DNA of 64,000 bases from Gammaproteobacteria bacterium (GTDB lineage Bacteria; Pseudomonadota; Gammaproteobacteria; Eutrophobiales; Eutrophobiaceae). The translations under genes and the position numbers were made by a program. The notes under the pieces were generated by a model. It had not been told where the DNA came from, searched no databases, and worked only from the letters and a program-made list of their open reading frames with translations. Where the stretch lies: assembly GCA_963422205.2 (NCBI GenBank), contig CAXMWX010000005.1:160001-224000 (forward strand), given 5' to 3'. Below, in pieces: positions 1 to 10,213 of this stretch; the first letter of the stretch is position 1, and the number at the start of each line of letters is the position of its first letter.

Positions 1-426
1 CAGCAGGCACAGTCGGTGTTACATACCGAGTTCGATAAAGATATTTTCCAAACCGCGGCACGGTATGAGCTGAATAGGGCAGAGCAGTTACGCTATCGGC
101 AGGGATTACTGGCACAGCATATCTGGTCCAGGGCCGATAGTCTGCTTGCACAACACCATTGGCAGCTGGCCTATGATACCTATGAACAGGCAAAGCATTT
201 ACACCGGCTGGCTATTGGCGAAGAATTTGATGCGGCGATTGCCGCCATGCAGTTTAATCAGGTGACAGCCAAGCTGTACTTGAAGTTAAATCACGAGGCG
301 ATCCGTTTATATGAAGCGATCCGTGATAAGGCGCCTTACTACGAACCGGCAAAGATGCGGGCACTTGAAAAAGCCCTGGCATTTCCTGCCAGGCCACCAC
401 CGCTACCCGAACCGTATCCCCCCTGA
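1..426 (+). CDS. Hypothetical helical (TPR-like) protein, 5'-truncated by window edge
   Basis: Frame +1 is open from position 1 to TGA at 424-426. Amphipathic helical pattern (LAYDTYEQA, EAIRLYEAI) and a Pro-rich C-terminal tail. Confidence 0.55.
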   Translation, partial: QQAQSVLHTEFDKDIFQTAARYELNRAEQLRYRQGLLAQHIWSRADSLLAQHHWQLAYDTYEQAKHLHRLAIGEEFDAAIAAMQFNQVTAKLYLKLNHEAIRLYEAIRDKAPYYEPAKMRALEKALAFPARPPPLPEPYPP

Positions 427-445
427 TCACAGTCAAATGCCAGGC

Positions 446-901
446 TTAATCCAGCGCCCTGACATACCTGTGTAATTTCGCCAGACAGTGTTCAAGCTGT
501 TTTAATTCTGCCCTCGTCAGCACACATTCCAATTCTTTCTCAAACCTTAATGCCAGCGGCACGATCCGTCGGTAGCTGGCACGGCCCCTGGCGGTCAAGC
601 GCAACACGGAACGGCGTTTATCCTCGGCAGAAAACGTCCTGTGCAGGAGTTTTTTTTGCAGCAGACGGGCGACGGCACGACTGACCGAGACCTTCACCAT
701 TTCAGTCTCAACACCCACCTGTTCAGCAGACAAACCGGACTTCTCTCCCAGCACCGCCAGCACCCGCCATTCATGGATAGACAGATTAAACGGCGTGGAG
801 TAAAGCCGGGCAAATGCGGTGCTGATCCGGTTGGTCACGACCGACAACTGATAAGGAATAAATTCCCGCAGCTTCAATACCTGATGGTTTTTGTTACTCA
901 T
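446..901 (-). CDS. MarR-family transcriptional regulator (homogentisate pathway-associated)
   Basis: LxLxxFxPYxLS...EWRVLAVL...VSRAVxxL...[11 protein letters not shown] winged-helix signature. ATG at 901 overlaps the hmgA stop (translational coupling), so the ORF-track start at 1012 is likely too long. Confidence 0.9.
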   Translation of the reverse strand: MSNKNHQVLKLREFIPYQLSVVTNRISTAFARLYSTPFNLSIHEWRVLAVLGEKSGLSAEQVGVETEMVKVSVSRAVARLLQKKLLHRTFSAEDKRRSVLRLTARGRASYRRIVPLALRFEKELECVLTRAELKQLEHCLAKLHRYVRALD

Positions 902-2240
902 CGGCGGCGGGGAAATATTTTTCCAGTGACTGCCAGCAAGCGGTGTAATGTCTTTGTCTTTGTGCTGATTCCTGGGCGTAGCGGGTGGGGTGGATGATAT
1001 AACGTGATTCAAACATAAACGCCATTGTCGCTTCCTGTTTTACCGGTGCTAACCGGGCATTGCTGGCCTCTTCAAACGCCTGTTTGTCCGGGCCGTGGGC
1101 CGACATACAGTTATGCAGGCTGGCACCGCCGGGCATAAACCCGGCTGGCTTGGCATCATAAACACCATCGATCAAGCCCATGAACTCGCTCATGACGTTA
1201 CGATGATACCAGGGCGGGCGGAAGGTATCCTCGGCCACCATCCAGCGCGGCGGGAAGATCACAAAATCCACATTCGCCATGCCCTCGGTGTCAGACGGTG
1301 ATGTCATGACGGTGAAGATGGACGGGTCGGGATGATCATAGCTGATGCTGCCCATCACATTGAAGCGCTCCAGCGCATATTTATAAGGCAGGGAATTACC
1401 TGCCCAGGCCACCACATCCAGCGGCGAGTGATGCAAAGCGGCCTGGTAGAGCTTGCCGGCGAACTTGCACGTCAGCGTAAACTCGCCCGCTTTATCTTCA
1501 AAGGCAGCCACCGGCGCCATGAAGTCGCGATTATTGGCATAGCCATCAGAGCCCACCGGGCCACGCTCCGGCAGGCGGAATGGGGCGCCGTAGTTTTCAC
1601 AGATATACCCGCGCGCTTCCCCCTCAAGCAGCCTCACCTGAAACTTCATGCCTCTGGGGATCAGGACAATCTCGCCCGGTACGGCGCGCAACCGGCCGCA
1701 CTCGGTAAAAACAGCCAGCCCGCCTGACTCCGGCACGATCAATAACTCGCCATCGGCGTCATAAAAATAACGCCCCTGCATGGACTGATTGGCGGCATAC
1801 ATATGAATGCCGCAACCTGTCTGTGTCGCCGCATCACCATTGGCCGCCAGCGTTACCAGGCCATCAATAAAATCCTGCGGTGTCTCCGGCAGCGGCAGGG
1901 GATCCCAACGCATCGGGGTCGGTGGTGCTGCCACATCGAAAATCGGGGCGGTTTGCCACAAATCATGGGGCAGCGGGGTAAAATCATGCTGCACCACAGA
2001 CGGGCGAATACGATAAAACCAGTTCCGGCGGTTCTCCGCACGTGGTGCAGTGAAGGCGGTGGTGCTGAACTTCTCCGTATACAGGCCATGGGCTACCCTC
2101 TGGGGAGAGAAGCGCCCCCTGGGCAAGGCATCCGGCAAGGCTTCTGATTCCTGCTCATTACCAAAACCGCTGAGGTAGACATAGTCATCGGCCGCCGCTG
2201 CGGTCTTGAGTGGCTGTGTTTTCATGACGCTCGCCATCAT
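894..2240 (-). CDS. hmgA: Homogentisate 1,2-dioxygenase
   Basis: [57 protein letters not shown] motifs. Confidence 0.97.
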   Translation of the reverse strand: MMASVMKTQPLKTAAAADDYVYLSGFGNEQESEALPDALPRGRFSPQRVAHGLYTEKFSTTAFTAPRAENRRNWFYRIRPSVVQHDFTPLPHDLWQTAPIFDVAAPPTPMRWDPLPLPETPQDFIDGLVTLAANGDAATQTGCGIHMYAANQSMQGRYFYDADGELLIVPESGGLAVFTECGRLRAVPGEIVLIPRGMKFQVRLLEGEARGYICENYGAPFRLPERGPVGSDGYANNRDFMAPVAAFEDKAGEFTLTCKFAGKLYQAALHHSPLDVVAWAGNSLPYKYALERFNVMGSISYDHPDPSIFTVMTSPSDTEGMANVDFVIFPPRWMVAEDTFRPPWYHRNVMSEFMGLIDGVYDAKPAGFMPGGASLHNCMSAHGPDKQAFEEASNARLAPVKQEATMAFMFESRYIIHPTRYAQESAQRQRHYTACWQSLEKYFPAADE

Positions 2241-2289
2241 GCTGACTCCGATTTGAATTTAATGATTGAATTTGACAATCAAGCCAGTA

Positions 2290-2307
2290 TAGTTACAAAT
2301 GTAACTA
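2290..2307. promoter_or_regulatory. Palindromic operator TAGTTACA-AA-TGTAACTA, probable MarR site in the hmgA/fahA divergent promoter
   Basis: Perfect 8-bp inverted repeat with 2-nt spacer in an AT-rich divergent intergenic region. A related site lies at 5969-5986. Confidence 0.75.
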
Positions 2308-2343
2308 ATTTCAAATCTACCCAACAGCACGAGGAGAAGCCGC

Positions 2344-3339
2344 GTGAAATTAGCCAGCCTGAAAACCGGTGGTCGTGATGGTACGCTGGTGGTGGTTGAT
2401 AAAACCCTGTCCCGGGCGGTCGGGGTGCCGCAGATTGCCGCCACCCTGCAGGCCGCTCTGGATGCGTGGGCGAGTAAAGCAGCGGCACTGGTGGAGGTGT
2501 ACCAGGCGCTGAACACTGGCTCCCTCGAAGGTGAGTTTGCCTTTGATCCGACAGTCGCCGCCGCCCCCCTGCCGCGCAGCTATCACTGGGCCGATGGCAG
2601 CGCCTATGTCACCCATGTCGAGTTGGTACGCAAGGCACGGGGGGTGGAGTTGCCGGACGCCTTCTGGACTGATCCGCTGATGTACATGGGCGCATCCGAT
2701 GCATTCATCGGCCCGCACGATGACATACTGGTAGAGGATGAGGACTGGGGCATTGATTTTGAATCCGAAGTGGTGGTGTTTACCGATGATGTGCCGGCTG
2801 GCATCAAGGCAGATAAGGCCGGACGGCATATCAAGCTGCTGGCGCTGGTCAATGATGTGTCTTTGCGTCATCTCATCCCGGCCGAGCTCGCCAAGCAGTT
2901 TGGGTTTTATCAGTCCAAGCCCTGGACTTCGTTTACGCCGGTCGCCATCACGCCCGATGAATTGGGCGCTGCCTGGGATGGCGAGCGGCTGCACCTGCCC
3001 CTGCACTCCACCTTGAACGGGAAAAAACTCGGCGCACCCCATGCCGGGAAGGACATGACGTTTGGTTTTCCCGAGCTGATCTCACACGCCGCCAAGTCCC
3101 GGCATCTGATGGCCGGCAGCGTGATCGGCTCTGGCACGATCGCAACCGTTGGCAGCAAAGACGGCTCATCCTGCCTTGCTGAAATACGCTCTCTGGAAAC
3201 CATTGCGGATGGCAAACCGACAACGGCATTCATGCGCTTCGGTGATCGCATTGAGATCGAGATGTTTGATGCACACGGGGCCAGCCTGTTCGGCAAGATC
3301 GATCAAGTGGTGAAAAAATATGATCCGCCGACCGACTGA
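2344..3339 (+). CDS. fahA: Fumarylacetoacetate hydrolase family protein
   Basis: MKLASLK..GRDG, WADGSAY, IDFESE, NDVSLR, GFYQSKP, GSGT motifs; divergent from hmgA. Confidence 0.88.
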   Translation: MKLASLKTGGRDGTLVVVDKTLSRAVGVPQIAATLQAALDAWASKAAALVEVYQALNTGSLEGEFAFDPTVAAAPLPRSYHWADGSAYVTHVELVRKARGVELPDAFWTDPLMYMGASDAFIGPHDDILVEDEDWGIDFESEVVVFTDDVPAGIKADKAGRHIKLLALVNDVSLRHLIPAELAKQFGFYQSKPWTSFTPVAITPDELGAAWDGERLHLPLHSTLNGKKLGAPHAGKDMTFGFPELISHAAKSRHLMAGSVIGSGTIATVGSKDGSSCLAEIRSLETIADGKPTTAFMRFGDRIEIEMFDAHGASLFGKIDQVVKKYDPPTD

Positions 3340-3437
3340 TGGACATAAAAATACCGGCTGCCCGGCGGCATCAGCACATGATACGGGCGGTCGATTAACC
3401 CGCATGATAATCAGCATGTTCGATAAAGAGGAAAGCC

Positions 3438-4136
3438 ATGGCCGGTTTTGATAAATGCGTTGGCAGCTATGCGGCGGCCTTAGATGGCCTGGAAGATGGC
3501 ATGACCATCATCGCCGGTGGCTTTGGCTTGTGCGGCATACCGGAGGGCTGCATCGCACAGATAAAAAAAATGGGTTCCCGTGCGCTCACCATCGTTTCCA
3601 ATAACTGCGGGGTGGATGATTTCGGACTGGGGCTGTTGTTGCACGATAAGCAGATCAAAAAAATGATCTCCTCGTATGTGGGTGAGAATGCGCTGTTTGA
3701 AGAGCAGTTGTTAAACGGTGAGCTGGAAGTTGAATTGACGCCACAGGGCACTCTGGCGGAGAGGATGCGCGCAGGGGGTGCTGGCATTCCGGCATTCTAC
3801 ACCGCTACCGGTTACGCAACGCCAGTGGGTGAGAACAAGGAAGTCAGGGAATTCAACGGCAAGCCCTGTATTCTGGAGGAGGCCATCATGGGTGATTTTG
3901 CCATTGTTAAAGGCTGGAAGGCGGATCGCTATGGCAACGTCATCTACCGCCACACGGCGCAAAATTTTAACCCCATGGCAGCGACAGCCGGCAGGATCAC
4001 CGTTGTTGAAGTGGAGGAGATCGTCGAGCCAGGTGCATTGGAGCCTGCACAGATACACACACCGGGCATTTATGTGGATCGCTTGATCCAGGGCCGGTTT
4101 GAAAAACGCATCGAACAACGCACCACGGCGGGGTGA
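3438..4136 (+). CDS. scoA: 3-oxoacid (acetoacetate) CoA-transferase subunit A
   Basis: [45 protein letters not shown]. Confidence 0.93.
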   Translation: MAGFDKCVGSYAAALDGLEDGMTIIAGGFGLCGIPEGCIAQIKKMGSRALTIVSNNCGVDDFGLGLLLHDKQIKKMISSYVGENALFEEQLLNGELEVELTPQGTLAERMRAGGAGIPAFYTATGYATPVGENKEVREFNGKPCILEEAIMGDFAIVKGWKADRYGNVIYRHTAQNFNPMAATAGRITVVEVEEIVEPGALEPAQIHTPGIYVDRLIQGRFEKRIEQRTTAG

Positions 4137-4139
4137 ACC

Positions 4140-4799
4140 ATGGCGCTGACTCGTGAACAACTCGCCATGCGCGTGGCCCGGGAGTTGCGGGATGGCTACT
4201 ACGTCAATCTCGGCATCGGTATCCCGACACTGGTGGCCAATTATGTGCCGACAGGCATGGCGGTGATGCTGCAATCAGAAAACGGCTTGCTGGGCATGGG
4301 CGCTTTTCCCGCCGAGGCGGAACTCGATGCCGATATGATCAATGCTGGCAAGCAGACTGTGACGGCGATTACCGGTGCATCGATCTTCAATTCGGCCGAA
4401 TCCTTCGCCATGATACGTGGTGGGCATATCGATCTGACCGTGTTAGGGGCCTTTGAGGTGGACGTACAAGGCAATATCGCCTCCTGGATGATCCCGGGCA
4501 AGCTGATCAAAGGCATGGGCGGGGCCATGGATCTGGTCGCCGGTGCCAGCAATATTATTGTCACCATGACCCATGCCAGCAAGCAGGGCGAATCTAAGCT
4601 GCTGCCACAGTGTCGCCTGCCGCTCACTGGTGCCGCCTGCATTCATAAGGTGGTGACCGATCTGGCGTATGTGGAGATCAGGGACGGGAAATTCTGGCTA
4701 AAAGAGCGGGCGCCGGGCGTCAGTATTGATGAGATCGTGGCAAAGACCGCCGGTGAACTGGTGGTGCCGGCATCGGTGCCGGAGATGGAATTGGGTTAA
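4140..4799 (+). CDS. scoB: 3-oxoacid (acetoacetate) CoA-transferase subunit B
   Basis: VNLGIGIPT, catalytic SENG, GMGGAMDLV. Confidence 0.93.
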   Translation: MALTREQLAMRVARELRDGYYVNLGIGIPTLVANYVPTGMAVMLQSENGLLGMGAFPAEAELDADMINAGKQTVTAITGASIFNSAESFAMIRGGHIDLTVLGAFEVDVQGNIASWMIPGKLIKGMGGAMDLVAGASNIIVTMTHASKQGESKLLPQCRLPLTGAACIHKVVTDLAYVEIRDGKFWLKERAPGVSIDEIVAKTAGELVVPASVPEMELG

Positions 4800-4846
4800 G
4801 AGCCGAGCGCAAGCCCTCACGCCCTGGCCGGGGTGAGTGACAATGG

Positions 4847-5905
4847 CTATGCCGTCAGCACACCCCGGCGCAACTGATCCAGTTCAATCGATTCGAACAG
4901 TGCCTGGAAGTTGCCCTCACCAAACCCCGTATTGCCCTTGCGCTGAATGATCTCAAAGAAGATCGGGCCGATCACGGTCTCGGTGAAGATCTGCAATAAC
5001 ACACCCTGGCCCTCGGTTGGCGCACCATCAATTAGAAGGCTTCTTTGCAGCAACGCCTCCACATCCTCTTCATGCCCGGCAACACGGGTATTGATGTTCT
5101 CATAATAGGTAGCCGGTGTGTCCTGAAAAACGACATGGTTGGCACGCAAGGCATCCACGGAGGCATAAATATCATCGGTGCCGAGTGCGATATGCTGTAC
5201 GCCCTCGCCATTGTACTGCTGCAAGTATTCGGCAATCTGCGACTTATCATCGGCAGACTCATTGATGGGGATATGAATCTTCCCGCACGGGCTGGTCATG
5301 GCACGGCTTCTCAAACCGGTCATCTTGCCCTCGATATCAAAGTATTTCAGCTCACGAAAATTAAACAGCTTCTCATAAAAACCCGCCCACTCGTCCATGT
5401 TGCCACGGGCGACATTGTGAGTCAGATGATCCACATAGGTCAGGCCGGTTTGCCGCACCGCCGGGCTGGGCGCCACGGGTTCAAAGTCAACATCATAGAT
5501 CGTACTGGGACCGTAGCGATCAACCAGATACAAACGGCTGCCGCCGATTCCCTCTATCGCCGGGATGGCGAGTTCCATCGGCCCGATAACATCATTGACG
5601 CCGGTAGCACCCCTGGCGAGCGCATGTTCATACGCTGTACCTGCATCCCTCACCCTAAGAGCAAAAGCACAAATCGACGGGCCATGCTGCTCGGCAAACT
5701 GTTGTGCGAAACTGTCCGGTTCGGCATTGATGATAAAATTGATATCGCCCTGGGAATGCAGGCTGACGTTCTTGCGCCGATGCCTGGCGGTTACCGGAAA
5801 ACCCATTTTCTCAAACAGGTTACGCAATAATCCGGGGTCGGGGGCGGTATATTCGATGAATTCAAAGCCATCTGTGCCCATCGGGTTGGCATGTAAATCA
5901 GTCAT
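4847..5905 (-). CDS. hppD: 4-hydroxyphenylpyruvate dioxygenase
   Basis: NPMGTDGFEFIE, DHLTHNV, QHIAL, FFEIIQRKG..GFGEGNF. Start placed at ATG 5905 behind an AGGAG RBS. Confidence 0.96.
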   Translation of the reverse strand: MTDLHANPMGTDGFEFIEYTAPDPGLLRNLFEKMGFPVTARHRRKNVSLHSQGDINFIINAEPDSFAQQFAEQHGPSICAFALRVRDAGTAYEHALARGATGVNDVIGPMELAIPAIEGIGGSRLYLVDRYGPSTIYDVDFEPVAPSPAVRQTGLTYVDHLTHNVARGNMDEWAGFYEKLFNFRELKYFDIEGKMTGLRSRAMTSPCGKIHIPINESADDKSQIAEYLQQYNGEGVQHIALGTDDIYASVDALRANHVVFQDTPATYYENINTRVAGHEEDVEALLQRSLLIDGAPTEGQGVLLQIFTETVIGPIFFEIIQRKGNTGFGEGNFQALFESIELDQLRRGVLTA

Positions 5906-5968
5906 TGTGAGGCTCCTGTTGTTAGATTGTTGCAGCAGATTATACTGCCTGCTCTTGTCAACCCATAT

Positions 5969-5986
5969 TAGTTGCTTGTGCAACTA
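5969..5986. promoter_or_regulatory. Palindromic operator TAGTTGC-TTGT-GCAACTA, probable MarR site in the hppD/marR divergent promoter
   Basis: Perfect 7-bp inverted repeat, 18 bp in total, sharing consensus TAGTTRC-N4-GYAACTA with 2290-2307. Confidence 0.75.
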
Positions 5987-5994
5987 TTGTCAAC

Positions 5995-6459
5995 ATGGCA
6001 CGGAAATCATTGCATAACATATTGAAATTAGAGAATTTTCTCCCCTACAGGTTATCCCTGCTATCGAACCTGATGAGCGGTGCTATCGCCAGAACCTATG
6101 AGGATAAGTTCGGTATCTCCATGCCGGAATGGCGCATCATGATGATCCTGGCGGAGTATCCTGACAGTGCCGCCGAGGCGGTGTGCCAGCGCACCCGGAT
6201 TGAAAAATCCGTGGTCAGCCGTGCCTTGTCCCGGTTGACCAAACGCCGCCTGGTAGATCGGAAAACCGACCCGGCAGACCGGCGCCGCTCTGTGTTGCGT
6301 CTGACCGAAACCGGCATGAGTGTCTATGCTGACGTCTTGCCGGTCGCCATCGACTATGAACAACAGTTTCTTGCCGCATTAAGCGATGAGGAGATCACGC
6401 GGCTCAATCAACTGATTGAGAAGCTGATGGCGGTGAGTCATGGCATGGAAAAACCGTAA
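5995..6459 (+). CDS. MarR-family transcriptional regulator (paralog of 446-901)
   Basis: LKLENFLPYRLS...EWRIMMIL...KSVVSRAL...[13 protein letters not shown]. Confidence 0.92.
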   Translation: MARKSLHNILKLENFLPYRLSLLSNLMSGAIARTYEDKFGISMPEWRIMMILAEYPDSAAEAVCQRTRIEKSVVSRALSRLTKRRLVDRKTDPADRRRSVLRLTETGMSVYADVLPVAIDYEQQFLAALSDEEITRLNQLIEKLMAVSHGMEKP

Positions 6460-6689
6460 ACATCACGCACCACACACCGCCAGGGCATCCAGCCGCCGCC
6501 CGGCGATAACGGCAGTGATCCCAAAGGCAGATCATACCGATAGCCCTGCCTGATGGCAGCCCGCCCGTCCTCATCCAAGGGGGGCTTCTTTGTTCGGTGT
6601 ATTTGCGCTAATGTAGACCCCGGTATGGGTGAACCTGTAGCAATGCGGTGAACAAGACCAGGAAAAACGTCAGTGTCGTTGGCTCGGCC

Positions 6690-8345
6690 ATGAACACGGG
6701 CAGAAAAGCCCACAAGAGATATGCGTTCATCAAGCCTGCCGCCATCGCCCGCCATGAGACAGAACACTGCCCGGTGATTATCGTCGGGGCTGGCCCGGTC
6801 GGGCTGACCGCAGCAATCGATCTGGCCCGGTACGGTATCAACTCCATCGTGCTGGAAAAATACAATACCATCAGCGATGGTTCACGTGCTATCTGCTGGG
6901 CAAAGCGTACCCTGGAGATACTCGACCGCCTGGGCACGGGCGAGCGCATGCTGGAGAGGGGCGTGATCTGGAATACCGGAAAGATGTTTGCCGATGCAGA
7001 TCGAGAGCCGCTGTACAGCTTCGACCTGCTGGCCGATAAGGATCAGCAGTTCCCGGCTTTTATCAACCTGCAACAATACTACACGGAAGAGTATCTGATC
7101 GAACAGCTTGCCGAGTTAAGCCTTGGCGAGATACGCTGGCAGAACACCGTGCTTGCGATCGATAATCGAGCCGATGAGGTCATCATCACAGTCGACACGC
7201 CCGCCGGACAATATCAGCTTGCCTGTGATTATCTGATTGCCGCCGATGGGTGCCGCAGCCAGGTGCGTGATTGCCTGGGGCTGGATTTTGACGGACGTAT
7301 TTTTGAAGATAACTTTTTGATCGCCGATGTCAAAATCCATACCGATTTCCCGGCAGAGCGGCGTTTCTGGTTTAACCCGCCGTTTAATCCGGGGCAGACC
7401 TCGTTAATCCACAAGCAGGCAGACGATGTCTACCGGATTGATTTTCAGTTGGGCTGGGACATTGATAAACAAGCCGCCTTAAAAGAAGAAAATGTGACCA
7501 AAAAAGTCCGGGCATTTCTCGGGCCGGGGGTAGATTTTCAATATGAATGGGTCAGCCTCTACACCTTTGCCTGCCTGCGTATGGAAAAATTTGTCCATGA
7601 CCGGGTCATTTTTGCCGGCGATGCCGCCCACCTGGTCTCCCCCTTCGGCGCCCGTGGTGCCAATGGCGGTATTCAGGATGCCGACAATCTGATATGGAAA
7701 CTGGCCCTGGTGTTAAACGGCCTGGCCTCACAAGAGCTGCTTCAATCCTATGATGCCGAGCGCATTTACGGTGCGGATGAGAATATCATGAACTCGGCGC
7801 GCAGCACCGATTTCATGTCGCCCAAAGGGGAAGTCAGCCTGGCGTTTCGCAATGCCACCCTGGAGTTGGCACGGGATTTTGAGTTCGCCCGCCGCTTTGT
7901 CAACGGCGGGCGGCTGTCAGTGCCGTGCACTCTGGATGAGTCACCGCTCAATACAAAAGATGAGGACCGGTTCTCTGACAAGCAGCGCCCTGGCTCGCCC
8001 TGCATGGATGCACCGATCCGTGCCAACAATCAGGATAGCTGGTTGTTAAAGCGACTGGGAAATCGTTTTGTCGGTTTATATTTTACCGATGGAACAACGG
8101 CATCACCACGGCCAGAGGACATAGCCACAGCCGCCGCCATCCCCCCCATCCCCCTGGAGTTGCTCATCGTCAATCAACAGAACACCGGGGATGTATACGA
8201 TAAAAAGGGGCTGGCATTTCAACATTACGATGCAACCCCGGGCACCTTCTATCTTATCCGCCCGGATCAGCATGTGGCGGCACGCTGGCGGCAGTTTAAT
8301 GCGGATAAAGTCGCAGCGGCCTTGAGAGTGGCTACCGCCCAGTAA
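6690..8345 (+). CDS. FAD-dependent aromatic-ring monooxygenase (MhaA-like hydroxyphenylacetate hydroxylase candidate); start uncertain (6648 or 6690)
   Basis: IVGAGPVG Rossmann motif, ADG, GDAAH..PFGARGANGG, C-terminal YLIRPDQHVAARW domain; clustered with MBL-fold and DUF2783 genes. Confidence 0.85.
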   Translation: MNTGRKAHKRYAFIKPAAIARHETEHCPVIIVGAGPVGLTAAIDLARYGINSIVLEKYNTISDGSRAICWAKRTLEILDRLGTGERMLERGVIWNTGKMFADADREPLYSFDLLADKDQQFPAFINLQQYYTEEYLIEQLAELSLGEIRWQNTVLAIDNRADEVIITVDTPAGQYQLACDYLIAADGCRSQVRDCLGLDFDGRIFEDNFLIADVKIHTDFPAERRFWFNPPFNPGQTSLIHKQADDVYRIDFQLGWDIDKQAALKEENVTKKVRAFLGPGVDFQYEWVSLYTFACLRMEKFVHDRVIFAGDAAHLVSPFGARGANGGIQDADNLIWKLALVLNGLASQELLQSYDAERIYGADENIMNSARSTDFMSPKGEVSLAFRNATLELARDFEFARRFVNGGRLSVPCTLDESPLNTKDEDRFSDKQRPGSPCMDAPIRANNQDSWLLKRLGNRFVGLYFTDGTTASPRPEDIATAAAIPPIPLELLIVNQQNTGDVYDKKGLAFQHYDATPGTFYLIRPDQHVAARWRQFNADKVAAALRVATAQ

Positions 8346-8634
8346 GATCACCCCGTAAGGCATGGCGGAAAAACAGCGGTCAGCCCTTGATCATCGTCTG
8401 GCATGGCATCTGCTGGTTTTTATCTCACCCCGGCAGTTTTTCGGCGTATGATGATCCTCCCTGATCGCACGTATCCCACACATGCCGGGCAAAAATACTC
8501 CCTGATCTGCGGCCATCATGCCGCAAGATATCAGCGGCAAAATCAACCCGGTCCCCCTTACATAAGAACAGCTTTTGTGTCAATTTCATGGCAGAATTGA
8601 GGGCATACATGACAACATGATTGAGGTGCGACCA

Positions 8635-9594
8635 ATGGCGAAAAAATTTGCCTCCCAGGCAGATATGGAAGAGAAACAGGTGACGTTTTCACGGCTGGCG
8701 GAAAATGCCTATGCCTACACGGCCGAGGGCGATCCTAATACCGGCGTGATTATCGGCGATGAGGCCGTGATGGTGGTCGATACCCAGGCCACGCCAATGA
8801 TGGCCGGCCGGGTAATTGAGAAGATCCGTACAGTCACCGACAAGCCGGTCAACTATGTCCTGATGACCCACTATCATGCCGTGCGCGTGTTGGGCGCTTC
8901 CGCCTATGAGCCGCAGCATATCATCGCCAGCCAGGACACCTACGATTTGATCGTCGAACGGGGTGAGGCCGACTGGAAATCTGAGTTTGAGCGCTTCCCC
9001 CGTCTGTTCCAGGGCCATGAATCCATCCCCGGACTGACCTGGCCGAACATTGTATTCCAGGGCGAGATGACCTTATGGCTGGGCAAGACCGAGGTCAAGA
9101 TCATGCAAAAAGGCCGTGGTCACACCAAGGGCGATACGGTTGCCTGGCTGCCGAAAGAGCGCGTGTTGTACACTGGCGATCTGGTCGAATACGGCGCCAC
9201 GCCCTATACCGGCGATGCCTATCTGAAAGACTGGCCGGCCACGCTGGATAAGCTACTGGCACTTGATCCGGTCGCCATGGTGCCCGGACGTGGCGATGCA
9301 CTGACCACAGCAGAGACCATTGCGGCGGCGATTGGTGGCACCCGCAACTTCATCACCGCCATGTACCGCGCAGTTGAGGCCGGAAAAAAAGCCGGCAAGG
9401 ATTTGAACACCATCTATAAGGAAACCTATGCGGCACTAGAACCGGACTACGGCCACTGGGTGATCTTTGATCACTGCCTGCCGTTTGATGTCACCCGTGC
9501 TTATGACATCGCCGATGGCATTGAGGACCCGCGGATCTGGACGGCCGAGCGTGACGCCCAAATGTGGCAGGCACTGGAGGGCCAGCCCGGGTGA
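8635..9594 (+). CDS. Metallo-beta-lactamase-fold protein with degenerate metal motif
   Basis: AEGDPNTG, VVDT, THYHAVR (in place of HxHxDH), GHTKGD, TGD, PGRG. GAGGTG RBS before ATG 8635. Confidence 0.85.
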   Translation: MAKKFASQADMEEKQVTFSRLAENAYAYTAEGDPNTGVIIGDEAVMVVDTQATPMMAGRVIEKIRTVTDKPVNYVLMTHYHAVRVLGASAYEPQHIIASQDTYDLIVERGEADWKSEFERFPRLFQGHESIPGLTWPNIVFQGEMTLWLGKTEVKIMQKGRGHTKGDTVAWLPKERVLYTGDLVEYGATPYTGDAYLKDWPATLDKLLALDPVAMVPGRGDALTTAETIAAAIGGTRNFITAMYRAVEAGKKAGKDLNTIYKETYAALEPDYGHWVIFDHCLPFDVTRAYDIADGIEDPRIWTAERDAQMWQALEGQPG

Positions 9595-9788
9595 CCAGGC
9601 TGCGTACCTCGCCGGGCATAGCCGATGCGGATGATTTTTACGCCCGGCTGATGGAGCTGCATCGGGGGCTGACCCAGGAGCAGAGCAACAAGATCAACGC
9701 CAAGATCACTTTGCTGCTGGCCAACCATGTGGGGGATGCTGAGGTGTTGGATGAGGTGCTGGGGTATGTTAAGAACAGCCTGGGATAA
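9591..9788 (+). CDS. DUF2783-family small protein (MhaB-like coupling subunit candidate)
   Basis: DDFYxxLxxLHxGLxxEQS..INAK..LLLANHVGD signature. GTG start overlaps the MBL stop (GTGA). Confidence 0.85.
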   Translation: MTRLRTSPGIADADDFYARLMELHRGLTQEQSNKINAKITLLLANHVGDAEVLDEVLGYVKNSLG

Positions 9789-9928
9789 GAAGGCGTAGCA
9801 GACAAGCGTACTGCGCTGCGATGGATGTGCGCATCAGAACTTATACAAGCCGTCAACATCGTGGTATGAACGTACCAGGCCCCAGACAGCCGCCGCCAGT
9901 GGCTGTGCTTATCATCAGCCGCATCGTG

Positions 9929-10213
9929 TTATCTGCGTACGCCAGAAGCGCTGTTGCCGAAGATAAAACCGCTGGCGGTGCCGACAATGAGCGAAATCAG
10001 CCTGTTCGCCCACACCTGAAGTTCTTTGTTATCGTTAAAAAGGCGATGGCTGGAAACACCGCACCAATGCCCACTGCGGCAGCCCTGGTTTTCAAGCATT
10101 CGATCTCCATCGCGACCGCCGCAATAGCATCGGATGGCAGTGCGTGAGTGGATTGGATAGTCTCGGCCACCGCCCTGCTGCTTATTGATTGAGAATACCA
10201 ACCAACCCAGCAT
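9929..10213 (-). pseudogene. Possible decayed small membrane-protein gene
   Basis: Two hydrophobic segments (AAVGIGAVFPAIAFL and LISLIVGTASGFIFG) lie in different frames either side of a T-run near 10037-10041. No clear start or RBS. Confidence 0.25.

Noticed and set aside
8635-9594. MBL-fold protein as a beta-lactamase resistance gene
   Set aside because: No signal peptide, degenerate metal motif (HYHAVR), and a catabolic gene context.
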